DNA of 62,071 nt, filler included, from Candidatus Nezhaarchaeota archaeon WYZ-LMO8 (GTDB lineage: Archaea > Thermoproteota > Methanomethylicia > Nezhaarchaeales > WYZ-LMO8), in assembly GCA_004347965.1 (NCBI GenBank). It is 5 parts of 5 records of this genome, joined end to end, with 100 filler letters (N's around TTAATTAATTAA, not from the genome) between each part and the next. Parts side by side here need not be neighbours in the genome. Positions count along the whole stretch, not along the records: positions 39,194 to 50,588 come from QNVF01000038.1; 4 more parts are not named here. The stretch is one strand, 5' to 3'. Shown here piece after piece: positions 40,185-48,936 of the stretch; position 1 is the first letter of the stretch; each line of letters begins with the position of its first letter. Position numbers and translations under genes: made by a program. The notes beneath the pieces were generated by a model, which saw only the letters and a list, made by a program, of their open reading frames with translations, searched no databases and was not told where the DNA came from.

Positions 40185-40723
40185 TTCCTTATTTCTTAAG
40201 AGAACATTTCAGGAATTTTTGATATTAATTAGTAGATGATTTGAACTAGAAGAAATGTAGACTAATGATTTTATTTTAAACATTTAATAGAAGAAAACTA
40301 ATTTTTGCTTAATTTCCTAGTAACCCGCTTAACACTTGATGTTGTCGAGCTAGATCCACATACCTTCTGGTTGGCAGCAACCATACTGCTGATAAAATTA
40401 GCCATTAGCCAGCATAGAGGGACGAAATCTCTCCTACAAAGAAGGTACGTTAATAGGGAGGAAGTCAATTCTCGACGCAAATCGATGACCTCTAATTCAA
40501 GGCGTCAGTATCATGACACAATGGTGGTTATCGGAGCTAGACCAGCTTAAAAGGAGAACTACAAAGATTTCTTTTCAATCGCCCATAGATATGCTCTGCT
40601 GGCTACGATTATTTTAATGGTTCAACTCTCTTTACACAATTCAAGCGGGGTTTCAAAATACTAACTCATTTAAGCGACAAATCTATTAGATGGGCCAGCA
40701 TTTTAGGGTCGAGGACCGTTAAG

Positions 40724-42799
40724 TTGCCTAGAGACCCCGTTTGCGGCATGATTGTGGATTCGGATAGCGCCATTAAGCGCAGGATTGGCGATCGAACATA
40801 CTATTTTTGCAGTGAAGCATGTGCTAGAGTGTATGAGCAGCCGGAGTTAGAGTTAAAGGCGATGAAGCGTCGGGTTGCCTTAGCCCTTACGGGAGTCATT
40901 AGTGTCGCTGTCCTCAGAGTTTTAGCCATGTTTGGGCTTATGGCCGCTATGATGGCTTTTAGAATTGCTAGCTTATCCGTGTGGGATCTCGCGCTTTTCA
41001 TCATATCAACACCCATAGTTTGGGTCGCAGGGTGGAGCATACTTTACGGCGCTTACAGAGCTATTAGAGACCGATGTATAAATATGGATGTCCTCATAGC
41101 GTCAAGTGTGCTAGCTGGATGGGGGTACGGTGCAATAAGCACATTTCTCCCATGGCTCGGCTCAGAGGGGTTCGGGTACATGGAGACGGCTATAGGCATA
41201 CTGGCCTTCATACTTCTGGGAAAATTTATTGAAGAGAATGTACGGAGGAAATCTGCGGCGAGCGTCAGGAGGTTGCTTGAGCTCCAACCAACCTTTGCGA
41301 GAGTTCTGAGAGATGGGCAAGAAGTAGAGGTTCCAGTAAATGAGGTTCAGGTGAGTGACGTAATTGTTGTTAAGCCAGGCGAAAGGATACCGGTAGACGG
41401 AGTTGTTATCGTAGGGTCTTCTCTTGTTGATGAGAAGATAATCACCGGAGAGAGCATACCCGTTGAGAAAGGTGTGGGCAGCGAGGTCATAGGCGGAACA
41501 ATAAATAAAATTGGCTTACTGAAGATTAGGGCTACAAGAGTTGGTGATGAAACGGCTCTCGCTCAGATAATACGCCTAGTCGAGGAGGCGCAGGCATCCA
41601 ATGCTCCTATTCAAAGGTTTGCTGATAAAGTAGTTGGGTATTTTGTTCCAATAGTTTTCACGGTTGCAGCCATAGCATTCTCTTACTGGCTCTTCACAGC
41701 CGACTTTACGCATGCTTTCCTAGTCTTATTGGCAGTTCTCCTAATAGCCTGCCCATGCGCATTAGGCATAGCGACGCCGACAGCTATCTTAGCCGGTGTT
41801 GGTAAGGGCGCCGAGTATGGGATATTCCTGAGGGGTGGAGAATACGTTGAGAAGGCGCGGAACCTAACAACGGTTATATTCGATAAAACTGGGACCCTAA
41901 CGAGAGGAGAGCCGAAAGTAACAGACATAATGCCAATCGGAGATTACAGTAAAGAGGAGGTTTTAAGGCTGGCTGCCATTGCTGAGAAGGGGTCAGAGCA
42001 CCCTCTTGCAGAAGCCGTTATTAAGGCGGCGGACAGCATGGGGCTAGAGATCCCGAACGCAGAATCTTTCGAAGCGATACTTGGGGAAGGTATCAAAGTC
42101 CTCTATAAGGGTCATAAAATAATTCTCGGAAACCTAAGATTGATGGAAAATAATGGAATAGGCACCATAAGTATTGAGGATAAGTTGGTTGAGCTTGAGG
42201 AGCAGGGTAAAACAGTGATGATTCTTGCTGTTGATGAAAAGATTGTTGGGTTAATCGCCGTAATGGATACGCCTAAGGAAGAAGCGGCCGAAGTAGTAAA
42301 GCAGCTTAAGGATATTGGACTTGAAGTCATCATGTTGACTGGAGATAATGAGCGGGCAGCGAAGGCTGTAGCTAGGCAGTTAGGCATTGACAGCGTCATC
42401 GCGAATGTTCTACCGTGGGAGAAGGTTAACATCATCAAGAAACTGCAGAGTGAAGGTAAGGTGGTCGCCATGGTTGGTGATGGAGTTAATGATGCGCCGG
42501 CCCTCGCTCAAGCTGATATTGGCATAGCAATAGGAAGTGGGGCAGACATTGCTAAGGAGGCTGGCGGAATAATCCTTGTAAAAGATGACTTAAGGGATGT
42601 TGTAAAGGCGATAAAGCTTAGTAAGATAACTATGAGGAAGATCAAGCAGAATCTTTTCTGGGCATTCATTTATAATGCTCTCTCAATCCCAGTAGCTGCA
42701 GCCGGGTTACTAACCCCACTGATCGCTGCTGGAGCAATGGCACTTAGCTCGCTTTTCGTCACCATTAATTCAGCAACAATAAAACTACAAAAGTTATAG
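40724..42799 (+). CDS. copA: Cu(+)-translocating P1B-type ATPase with N-terminal YHS/TRASH domain
   Basis: DPVCGM...YFCSEAC, TGES, CPC, DKTGT, SEHPL, GDGVNDAP, YN and MALSS. Confidence 0.93.
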   Translation: MPRDPVCGMIVDSDSAIKRRIGDRTYYFCSEACARVYEQPELELKAMKRRVALALTGVISVAVLRVLAMFGLMAAMMAFRIASLSVWDLALFIISTPIVWVAGWSILYGAYRAIRDRCINMDVLIASSVLAGWGYGAISTFLPWLGSEGFGYMETAIGILAFILLGKFIEENVRRKSAASVRRLLELQPTFARVLRDGQEVEVPVNEVQVSDVIVVKPGERIPVDGVVIVGSSLVDEKIITGESIPVEKGVGSEVIGGTINKIGLLKIRATRVGDETALAQIIRLVEEAQASNAPIQRFADKVVGYFVPIVFTVAAIAFSYWLFTADFTHAFLVLLAVLLIACPCALGIATPTAILAGVGKGAEYGIFLRGGEYVEKARNLTTVIFDKTGTLTRGEPKVTDIMPIGDYSKEEVLRLAAIAEKGSEHPLAEAVIKAADSMGLEIPNAESFEAILGEGIKVLYKGHKIILGNLRLMENNGIGTISIEDKLVELEEQGKTVMILAVDEKIVGLIAVMDTPKEEAAEVVKQLKDIGLEVIMLTGDNERAAKAVARQLGIDSVIANVLPWEKVNIIKKLQSEGKVVAMVGDGVNDAPALAQADIGIAIGSGADIAKEAGGIILVKDDLRDVVKAIKLSKITMRKIKQNLFWAFIYNALSIPVAAAGLLTPLIAAGAMALSSLFVTINSATIKLQKL

Positions 42800-42830
42800 C
42801 GAAATAATAAATTTTCTACTAGGTGAAATG

Positions 42831-42977
42831 ATGGTTAAGGACCCGGTTTGCGGTATGAATGTTGATGAGAAAACTACCAAGCTCAAATCAGAGTATATGG
42901 GCAGAACATACTATTTTTGCAGCAAACCATGTAAGGAGACCTTCGATAAAAACCCGGCTAAGTATGTGAGCAAATAG
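42831..42977 (+). CDS. YHS/TRASH-domain metallochaperone (48 aa)
   Basis: Manual translation MVKDPVCGMNVDEKTTKLKSEYMGRTYYFCSKPCKETFDKNPAKYVSK; AGGTGA RBS; directly after copA. Confidence 0.9.
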   Translation: MVKDPVCGMNVDEKTTKLKSEYMGRTYYFCSKPCKETFDKNPAKYVSK

Positions 42978-43169
42978 ATCATTCGTTAAATCATTACAGA
43001 TTTCGTCTTAGGTTGAGGAAGAACTCATCTTTAGCTTCTTCGTAAGGTTCTCAAACGTTATTTCATTGATCGCTGATTAGCTGAATCCCTATATTTCGCC
43101 AAGTTCTAGTAGCTCTAGGGTATAGCGTTGTTTGAGCGTGCAGCTCATTAACGAGCCTCGACTTTCATT

Positions 43170-43289
43170 TTAAAGCTGAAGCGCTCCAGTTAGACAAACC
43201 TTAACGCATTTACCACATCTAGTACACGTCTCTTCATCAATCGTCACAATGAGCCCTAAATTCTGGGGGCATTGCAAATCATCATTCAT
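43170..43289 (-). pseudogene. Truncated 4Fe-4S ferredoxin-domain gene
   Basis: MNDDLQ...VTIDEETCTRCGKCVKVCLTGALQL* carries a single CxxCxxCxxxC and then stops; starts 4 nt after the iscU stop. Confidence 0.65.
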
Positions 43290-43293
43290 GCTG

Positions 43294-43797
43294 CTAATTA
43301 GCTGAGGATTTCTGCGCTCTCCTAGATAAAATTTCCATAAGTTTCTCTTCTTCCAGCGCTTGCTTCTCTTCTCGTGTAAGCTCCTGTGGAAGCCAATCCG
43401 GTTTAGGCTTATCTGCGTAGTAATCTCTTATGGCTCTTCTAAGCGCTCCAACGGCAAGCACGCCACAATGATATTTAACTGATGGCAAACCGCCAAGCTC
43501 GTCAGATACTTCTTTCCAAGAGACCTTCCATGCATCCTGCAAACTTTTTCCCTTAATCATTTCAGTTAATATGCTTGCAGCAGCTATATTTGCTGCACAT
43601 CCGTAGCTCTCAAACTTAGCATCAACAATCTTTCCGTTCGTCTCATCAATCTTTAGGTATATTGCTATCATGTCTCCGCATGCTAAGCTGCCAGCTAACG
43701 CCTCTGCATCTGCATTATCTATCTTACCAAGGTTCTTTGGGCTTCTAAATAATTCGATGACCTTCTTCCCATAGGTTAAGGGTACTCTACTTGACAA
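43294..43797 (-). CDS. iscU: Fe-S cluster scaffold IscU/NifU
   Basis: PKNLG, ACGD, SYGCAANIA, KYHC (three conserved Cys). Confidence 0.92.
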   Translation of the reverse strand: MSSRVPLTYGKKVIELFRSPKNLGKIDNADAEALAGSLACGDMIAIYLKIDETNGKIVDAKFESYGCAANIAAASILTEMIKGKSLQDAWKVSWKEVSDELGGLPSVKYHCGVLAVGALRRAIRDYYADKPKPDWLPQELTREEKQALEEEKLMEILSRRAQKSSAN

Positions 43798-43798
43798 C

Positions 43799-45040
43799 CT
43801 ATCTCACCTGCTTCAAGGGTTTAACCGGGCTTATTGACCTAAGTCTTTTCACGGCATCTGGCAAGACGTCTAAAACATATTCTATATCCTCTAATACGTG
43901 AAATGGCGTTACCTTCATTAGCAGGCTTCCATGAGCCTCCTCATGCCTTCTACCAATTGCTAAAAGCACGTGGCTGGGCTCTAATACGCGGCTGGTGCAT
44001 GCACTTCCACTGGAGACATAAATACCATTCAAGCTTAGCTCAACCGTTAGAGCCTCTCCTTCGCAATAGAGGAAGCTTATGTTTACATTGTCTGGAGCTC
44101 GCTTCTCGCCGAATGGGCCATTCAGCATTGCGTGGTCAACTCTCTCTAAGATACCGTTTATTAGGCGGTCTCTGAGCTTGATCATTCTTAATACATTCTC
44201 CTTAAAATTGTTATGCATGTATTCAACTGCCTTAGAGAACCCTATTATGCCGGGAACATTCTCGACTCCGGGCCAGAGTTTCTGTGTGCTAAGCTGTCCA
44301 TGGATGATTGGCTCAAGCCTAACCCCCTCTTTAACGTACAGTGCTCCGACACCCTTAGGCCCATATATTTTGTGGCTGCTGAAGGATGCTAGGTCAACAT
44401 CGAGCTTCTTCATGTCTAGGGGTATTTTCCCAAGGGCGTCGCAAGCATCTGTATGAATTAAGACATCCTTGTTTTTATCCCTAACGGTGTCCCGTACGGC
44501 TTCAACATCTTGTATTGTACCTATTTCATGGTTCACTACCGCTACACTTACAATGAGAGTCTCTCTATCTACATGTTTAGATATAAAGTCTAGGTTTACG
44601 AAGCCATCTTTATTGACAGGTATCTTTATCACCTTAAATCCTTGTTTTTCAAGTCTTTCAGCTGGAAATACCACGCTTAAATGCTCTATGCTTGAGACAA
44701 GTATCTTCCTCTTGTTAGGCGAGGATAACGCTGAACCCGTTATGGCCAGATTGTTTGCCTCTGTCCCGCTATGGGTGTAAATGATCTCCTCCGGACTACA
44801 GTTAATCGCCGAAGTAATTCTCAAAGTAGCCTCATAGAGAGCCTGGTAGCTGATCCAGCCCATTAAATGGGTTATGGATGGATGCCCCCTACCACTCCAT
44901 CTATAGGCGTCCTCCATGGCTTTTAGAGCTTCTGGAATTATTTGACCTGAGTTCTCATTATCCAAGTAGACTTCTCTCTTAGGTATGCCATGTGACTCAA
45001 TAAGCTCGCTTATTGACCTTGATATGTCACTATAAGCCAT
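43799..45040 (-). CDS. iscS: Cysteine desulfurase (class I, IscS/NifS)
   Basis: SGTEANN, EH, NHEIGT, SSHKIYGPKG (PLP Lys), SSGSACTS (catalytic Cys). Confidence 0.93.
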   Translation of the reverse strand: MAYSDISRSISELIESHGIPKREVYLDNENSGQIIPEALKAMEDAYRWSGRGHPSITHLMGWISYQALYEATLRITSAINCSPEEIIYTHSGTEANNLAITGSALSSPNKRKILVSSIEHLSVVFPAERLEKQGFKVIKIPVNKDGFVNLDFISKHVDRETLIVSVAVVNHEIGTIQDVEAVRDTVRDKNKDVLIHTDACDALGKIPLDMKKLDVDLASFSSHKIYGPKGVGALYVKEGVRLEPIIHGQLSTQKLWPGVENVPGIIGFSKAVEYMHNNFKENVLRMIKLRDRLINGILERVDHAMLNGPFGEKRAPDNVNISFLYCEGEALTVELSLNGIYVSSGSACTSRVLEPSHVLLAIGRRHEEAHGSLLMKVTPFHVLEDIEYVLDVLPDAVKRLRSISPVKPLKQVR

Positions 45041-45042
45041 CT

Positions 45043-45276
45043 CTAAACCTCCACGTATATCTGATATACTTCGTTGATTTTTTCAACTTTTAGAACCCTG
45101 TGGTTCACGCTTGAAGCCCACTCTTTAATATCTTGAGGGGCAGCCGGGTCAGTTGCCAGGAGCATGATTACTTGACCCGGACTAGACTTTGCAACCGCCT
45201 CAGCTAATGCGAGAAGTGGGCCCGGACAAGACTTATATCGAGCATCAACAACCAAGTCGACCTTCAAAAATGCCAC
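45043..45276 (-). CDS. tusA: TusA/SirA-family sulfur carrier
   Basis: DARYKSCPGP, LATDPAAPQDI..W. Confidence 0.9.
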   Translation of the reverse strand: MAFLKVDLVVDARYKSCPGPLLALAEAVAKSSPGQVIMLLATDPAAPQDIKEWASSVNHRVLKVEKINEVYQIYVEV

Positions 45277-45280
45277 CTAG

Positions 45281-45700
45281 TTAAGATATGAAGAGACTGA
45301 TATCTGAGTCTTTTGCACTGTCTAGGAACGTTGCAGCGCCAACAACATTATCTACATACTCCACTAGATCTTCAGACTTTATTCCGAGAAGGCTCATCGT
45401 TGTAGAGCATGCATAAATCTTCAATCTTCCAGTCTTCTTCCCCTGCTCTAATACCTCACGCCAACTCGGCATGACTCCGGAGCTAACCGCCCTCTTAAGC
45501 TCATCTTCATAGCCCTTATAATCTGAGCTCACTTCTCTTGGCACATAACCTTTCTTTAAGGCTAAGAGACCCCAAAAAGTGAAAAATACCTCAGACTCCC
45601 AACCCATGATTGCTGCTGTTGTGGCTAAAGTCATCGCTGGGAGGAGCTTATCCAACTTTTCCGAGGATACTATTATGGATATTTTTGGCATTTTAATCAC
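45281..45700 (-). CDS. DsrE/DsrF-like (DsrE2) sulfurtransferase
   Basis: FFTFWGL, IYACSTTM, VGAATFL, SLFI. Confidence 0.88.
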   Translation of the reverse strand: MIKMPKISIIVSSEKLDKLLPAMTLATTAAIMGWESEVFFTFWGLLALKKGYVPREVSSDYKGYEDELKRAVSSGVMPSWREVLEQGKKTGRLKIYACSTTMSLLGIKSEDLVEYVDNVVGAATFLDSAKDSDISLFIS

Positions 45701-45966
45701 CAGACGAATTATATAATGGCGTTATATTAAAAATTCTTTCCAAATAACATTTAATCAAAGAATTTTTTTGTTCACGCTTGTCTAGCACCGGGTTTGGAAC
45801 TATTTCTTCAAGTGTTATTCAGGGCAAAAGACGAAGGGCTCACTTGATACGGTATGTCTTCCTACTATCGACTTTTCCAAATTAATCCGTAATAAACCTA
45901 ATACCGAGATATTCTCAGGAAGAGAAGAGTAGAAGAAATAATTTTCATAGAGTATAAATGTCACCA

Positions 45967-45988
45967 GTTATAATCTTGTTATTATAAC
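45967..45988. promoter_or_regulatory. Perfect 8-bp inverted repeat, candidate operator
   Basis: GTTATAAT-CTTGTT-ATTATAAC in a long intergenic region. Confidence 0.35.
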
Positions 45989-46580
45989 ATCGTTATGGAG
46001 GACTAAGATCTCAAGAAAAGCGATTGCATAAAACGCTTAAACATAAAGAATGTAGAAGATATCCGCTAACGAAGATCCATGCATGCAAAGGATTCTTTGT
46101 TCTCTTAGAAGACACTTACTTATTTACATAGATTCAATAAACATAATAGCTCCTTAAAAGGGTGCGGATAATTCTGAAGTAATGTTGGAGTCAACTGGAA
46201 CTTCATGATAATGGTACCTGACGCCAAAGTTTCTTCTTAAGGCTCTTTAAGTAATGCATTAAGTCTCATAAATGTCTCTTAATCCTACTTTACTAAGAGA
46301 GTCCCTATTATGATCACCCAGACTTATTCCATACAGCTAACATCTTTTCTTCTACTTGAATTATTACTTTTTATTGTCAAATTGGAACTGAAGTTTATAA
46401 CTAGTCCTTAAGGTAAGTAAGGGTAGTACCTTCCATGAGTCTTACATACCCCTTGGCCTGATATCTCTAACATACTACTACCACTATTAGTTAAATCGCT
46501 ACCAATGAACTTAAGGCGTACTTTTCCGTAACGAAGTAGCTTAGGGATTATATGACACTTAGTTGAAGTTATTTTAGAGA

Positions 46581-47315
46581 ATGATGTTTCGTGAGGTCGA
46601 GCAAGTAGATATTGCTCCATCAATAGCATCAATACTCGGTATATCGATTGCATGTGAGGGTAAGCCTGTGAATGAGATTGTGCGCTATGCTCACTATTGT
46701 AAAAACGTGCTTTTAGCCATAGTCGACAGCTTAGGCTTTAAAGAATACGTGGAGAATAGACATAGCTTTCCGTTCCTAGCGTCGATGGAAAGATGTGGCT
46801 ACATGTTTAAGTGTCTAAGCTACACTCATCTCACCACCCCATCCATCGCCTCCATTCTATGCGGTTCAAGACCCGAGAAGCATAACATAGTGAAGACTAT
46901 AGACGCCTACACAGAGAAGGTCAAGTGCCTTCCAGAGATTGCATACGAAATGGGCTTTAGAGTTGCCATAGTTATGGAGGAGTATGGAGCACTCTCCTTT
47001 CAGGGCCTTGTCAGCCTAGTTAAACCAATAGCAGACGTGCCTAACGTTCTAGAGTTCGATGAAGAGTCTTGTCGCAAAGCTATCGAAGCATTAAAGGAAC
47101 TAAACCCAGACTTATTAGTTGTGCACTTAAGATCCTTAGACGTGCTTGGCTTTACCCGATTGGCTATGCTTCATGTAGACAATTTCCTAAAATCCGTGGC
47201 TGAGCAAGTAGTTAGCGAAACAGTCTTCTTTGTAATTGGTGATCATCCTCCACATAACAGAACATTTGAGAATCATGTGGCACTCATAGTTTTCAAAGTT
47301 AAGCCAAGAATTTAA
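46581..47315 (+). CDS. Alkaline phosphatase superfamily (NPP/PglZ-like) protein
   Basis: VDIAPSI, IVDSLG, TTPSIASILCG (Thr nucleophile), IGDH. Confidence 0.72.
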   Translation: MMFREVEQVDIAPSIASILGISIACEGKPVNEIVRYAHYCKNVLLAIVDSLGFKEYVENRHSFPFLASMERCGYMFKCLSYTHLTTPSIASILCGSRPEKHNIVKTIDAYTEKVKCLPEIAYEMGFRVAIVMEEYGALSFQGLVSLVKPIADVPNVLEFDEESCRKAIEALKELNPDLLVVHLRSLDVLGFTRLAMLHVDNFLKSVAEQVVSETVFFVIGDHPPHNRTFENHVALIVFKVKPRI

Positions 47316-47355
47316 GGCACTCTCATGGTCTTTTTCTCGCCTTTTGTTAAGCTCA

Positions 47356-48483
47356 TCAGGTGGTCGCAACGACCTCTTTTCGTGGCTCTATATCTTCACC
47401 CAGAAACTTCTTAAGCCATTGTAATGCTATTTGTGGGCTTGGTGCGTGCTTTGGTGGATGCTTAAAGTAGTAGGCACATGCTTCTGGCACTGGTCCACTT
47501 AAACCCCTATCCATGGCTATCTTGGCGAGCCTGATAGCATCTATCATGGCTCCAGCGAACATGGACTTATCGTCAACCTTAAGCTTGACATCTAATTCAA
47601 CTGGAAAATCAGCAAAGCTAAGCCCCCTAATGTATACGTAGCACACCTTCGTGTTCCCAAGGAATGGAACATAGTCGCTTGGTCCAACTCTAATCCTACC
47701 CTCCTCCTCTAGATCGTAGCCCTCCGGTATTATGCTCGTTATAGCCCTAGTCTTGCTCATCCTCTTACTTTTAAGTCTCTCTTCAACAGTCATGTTCAGG
47801 AAGTCCGTGTTGCCGCCAATGTTTAGCTGATAGGTTTCAAGTATCTTGACCCCCCTATCCCTTAATAGGGACGCTAGAGCTGTGTGAAGTATTGTAGCTC
47901 CAAGCTGTCCTTTAATGTCGTCGCCTAGGAGTGGAACCCCACCTTCTCTATACCTCTTAGGCCAGTAGCCTTCAGGATCACTTGCTATGAACACCGGTAT
48001 ACCGTTCACAAATGAGGATTCAGCTCTAACGGAAGCTTCAGCATAAAACCTTGTTGCCAACTCGCTTCCTACAGGAAGTAGATTAACCACAACATCAACC
48101 TTTGAGTCTCTAAGTTCATTTACTACATAATCTAAATTTACATCTAAGTTGTGCGGCTTAAACACATCGATCATGTGGGGTGCAACGCCATCAAGCACCG
48201 GTCCTGGCTTAACCTCTACGCCAAGTTTAGGCACATCAGCGAACTTCTTGGTGATGTTAGGGTAAGCAAATATTGCCTTACTAAGGTCTTTACCAATCTT
48301 TTCTCTAGATACATCAAAGGCTGCAACGAACTCTATATCGCCTACGTGGTACCTACCCAGCCTTACGTGTAAAAGTCCAGGGACTTTAGCGGTATCGTCG
48401 ACGTACTTGTAGTAGTAGACTCCTTGAACTATTGCTGAAGCGCAGTTGCCCACACCAATAATGGCTACTCTCACCTTATTCAT
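47356..48483 (-). CDS. ino1: myo-inositol-1-phosphate synthase
   Basis: GVGNCASA, LPVGS, GDDIKGQLGAT, QLNIGGNTDFLNM, SKRMSKT, YYFKHPP. Confidence 0.95.
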   Translation of the reverse strand: MNKVRVAIIGVGNCASAIVQGVYYYKYVDDTAKVPGLLHVRLGRYHVGDIEFVAAFDVSREKIGKDLSKAIFAYPNITKKFADVPKLGVEVKPGPVLDGVAPHMIDVFKPHNLDVNLDYVVNELRDSKVDVVVNLLPVGSELATRFYAEASVRAESSFVNGIPVFIASDPEGYWPKRYREGGVPLLGDDIKGQLGATILHTALASLLRDRGVKILETYQLNIGGNTDFLNMTVEERLKSKRMSKTRAITSIIPEGYDLEEEGRIRVGPSDYVPFLGNTKVCYVYIRGLSFADFPVELDVKLKVDDKSMFAGAMIDAIRLAKIAMDRGLSGPVPEACAYYFKHPPKHAPSPQIALQWLKKFLGEDIEPRKEVVATT

Positions 48484-48532
48484 CGCTCTTCAACTCTATA
48501 TTTGTACTCGTGAATATGTAGATTTATATTTA

Positions 48533-48554
48533 AGCAGATAAATATGTTTCTGCT
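48533..48554. promoter_or_regulatory. Imperfect palindrome between divergent ino1 and padR, candidate operator
   Basis: AGCAGATAAATATGTTTCTGCT (18/22 self-complementary) next to a TATA-like TTTATATTTAA. Confidence 0.45.
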
Positions 48555-48562
48555 GAAAGGTC

Positions 48563-48877
48563 TTGGATGACTCCAAGGCGCTCAAGAGACTTAAGGACAA
48601 GCTTACTAAGGAGAATCTCTGGATCTACATAGTGAAGGAGCTTGCACGAGAACCCACTTACGCCTACAAGGTCAAGGTATTGCTGAGAGAGAAGTACAAC
48701 ATAAATGTCGCTACCGTGACGGTCTACACAGTTCTATACCGAATGGAGAGAGAGGGGTTAATAACGAGGATTAAAGGCGACGATAAAGTGTACAAAGTAA
48801 CTGAGAAAGGCTTAGAGCAACTCAATAAGGCTCTGACATTCTTGAAGAACATCACGAGAATGTTGGAACTTGAATGA
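48563..48877 (+). CDS. PadR-family transcriptional regulator
   Basis: LWIYI...PTYAY...TVYTVLYRMEREGLI...YKVTEKG wHTH. Confidence 0.88.
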   Translation: MDDSKALKRLKDKLTKENLWIYIVKELAREPTYAYKVKVLLREKYNINVATVTVYTVLYRMEREGLITRIKGDDKVYKVTEKGLEQLNKALTFLKNITRMLELE

Positions 48878-48936
48878 AGACTTCTTATGGACCTTCTTAA
48901 GTAAGCCATGTCTTCATGCTTTCGGGATGGTGGAAG

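Noticed and set aside
40305..40550. 81-aa ORF ending in HDTMVVIGARPA, faintly like a FAD-binding YDVVVIGAGPA motif
   Set aside because: Match is too short and the rest of the ORF is not protein-like; it may be an eroded remnant but I cannot support it
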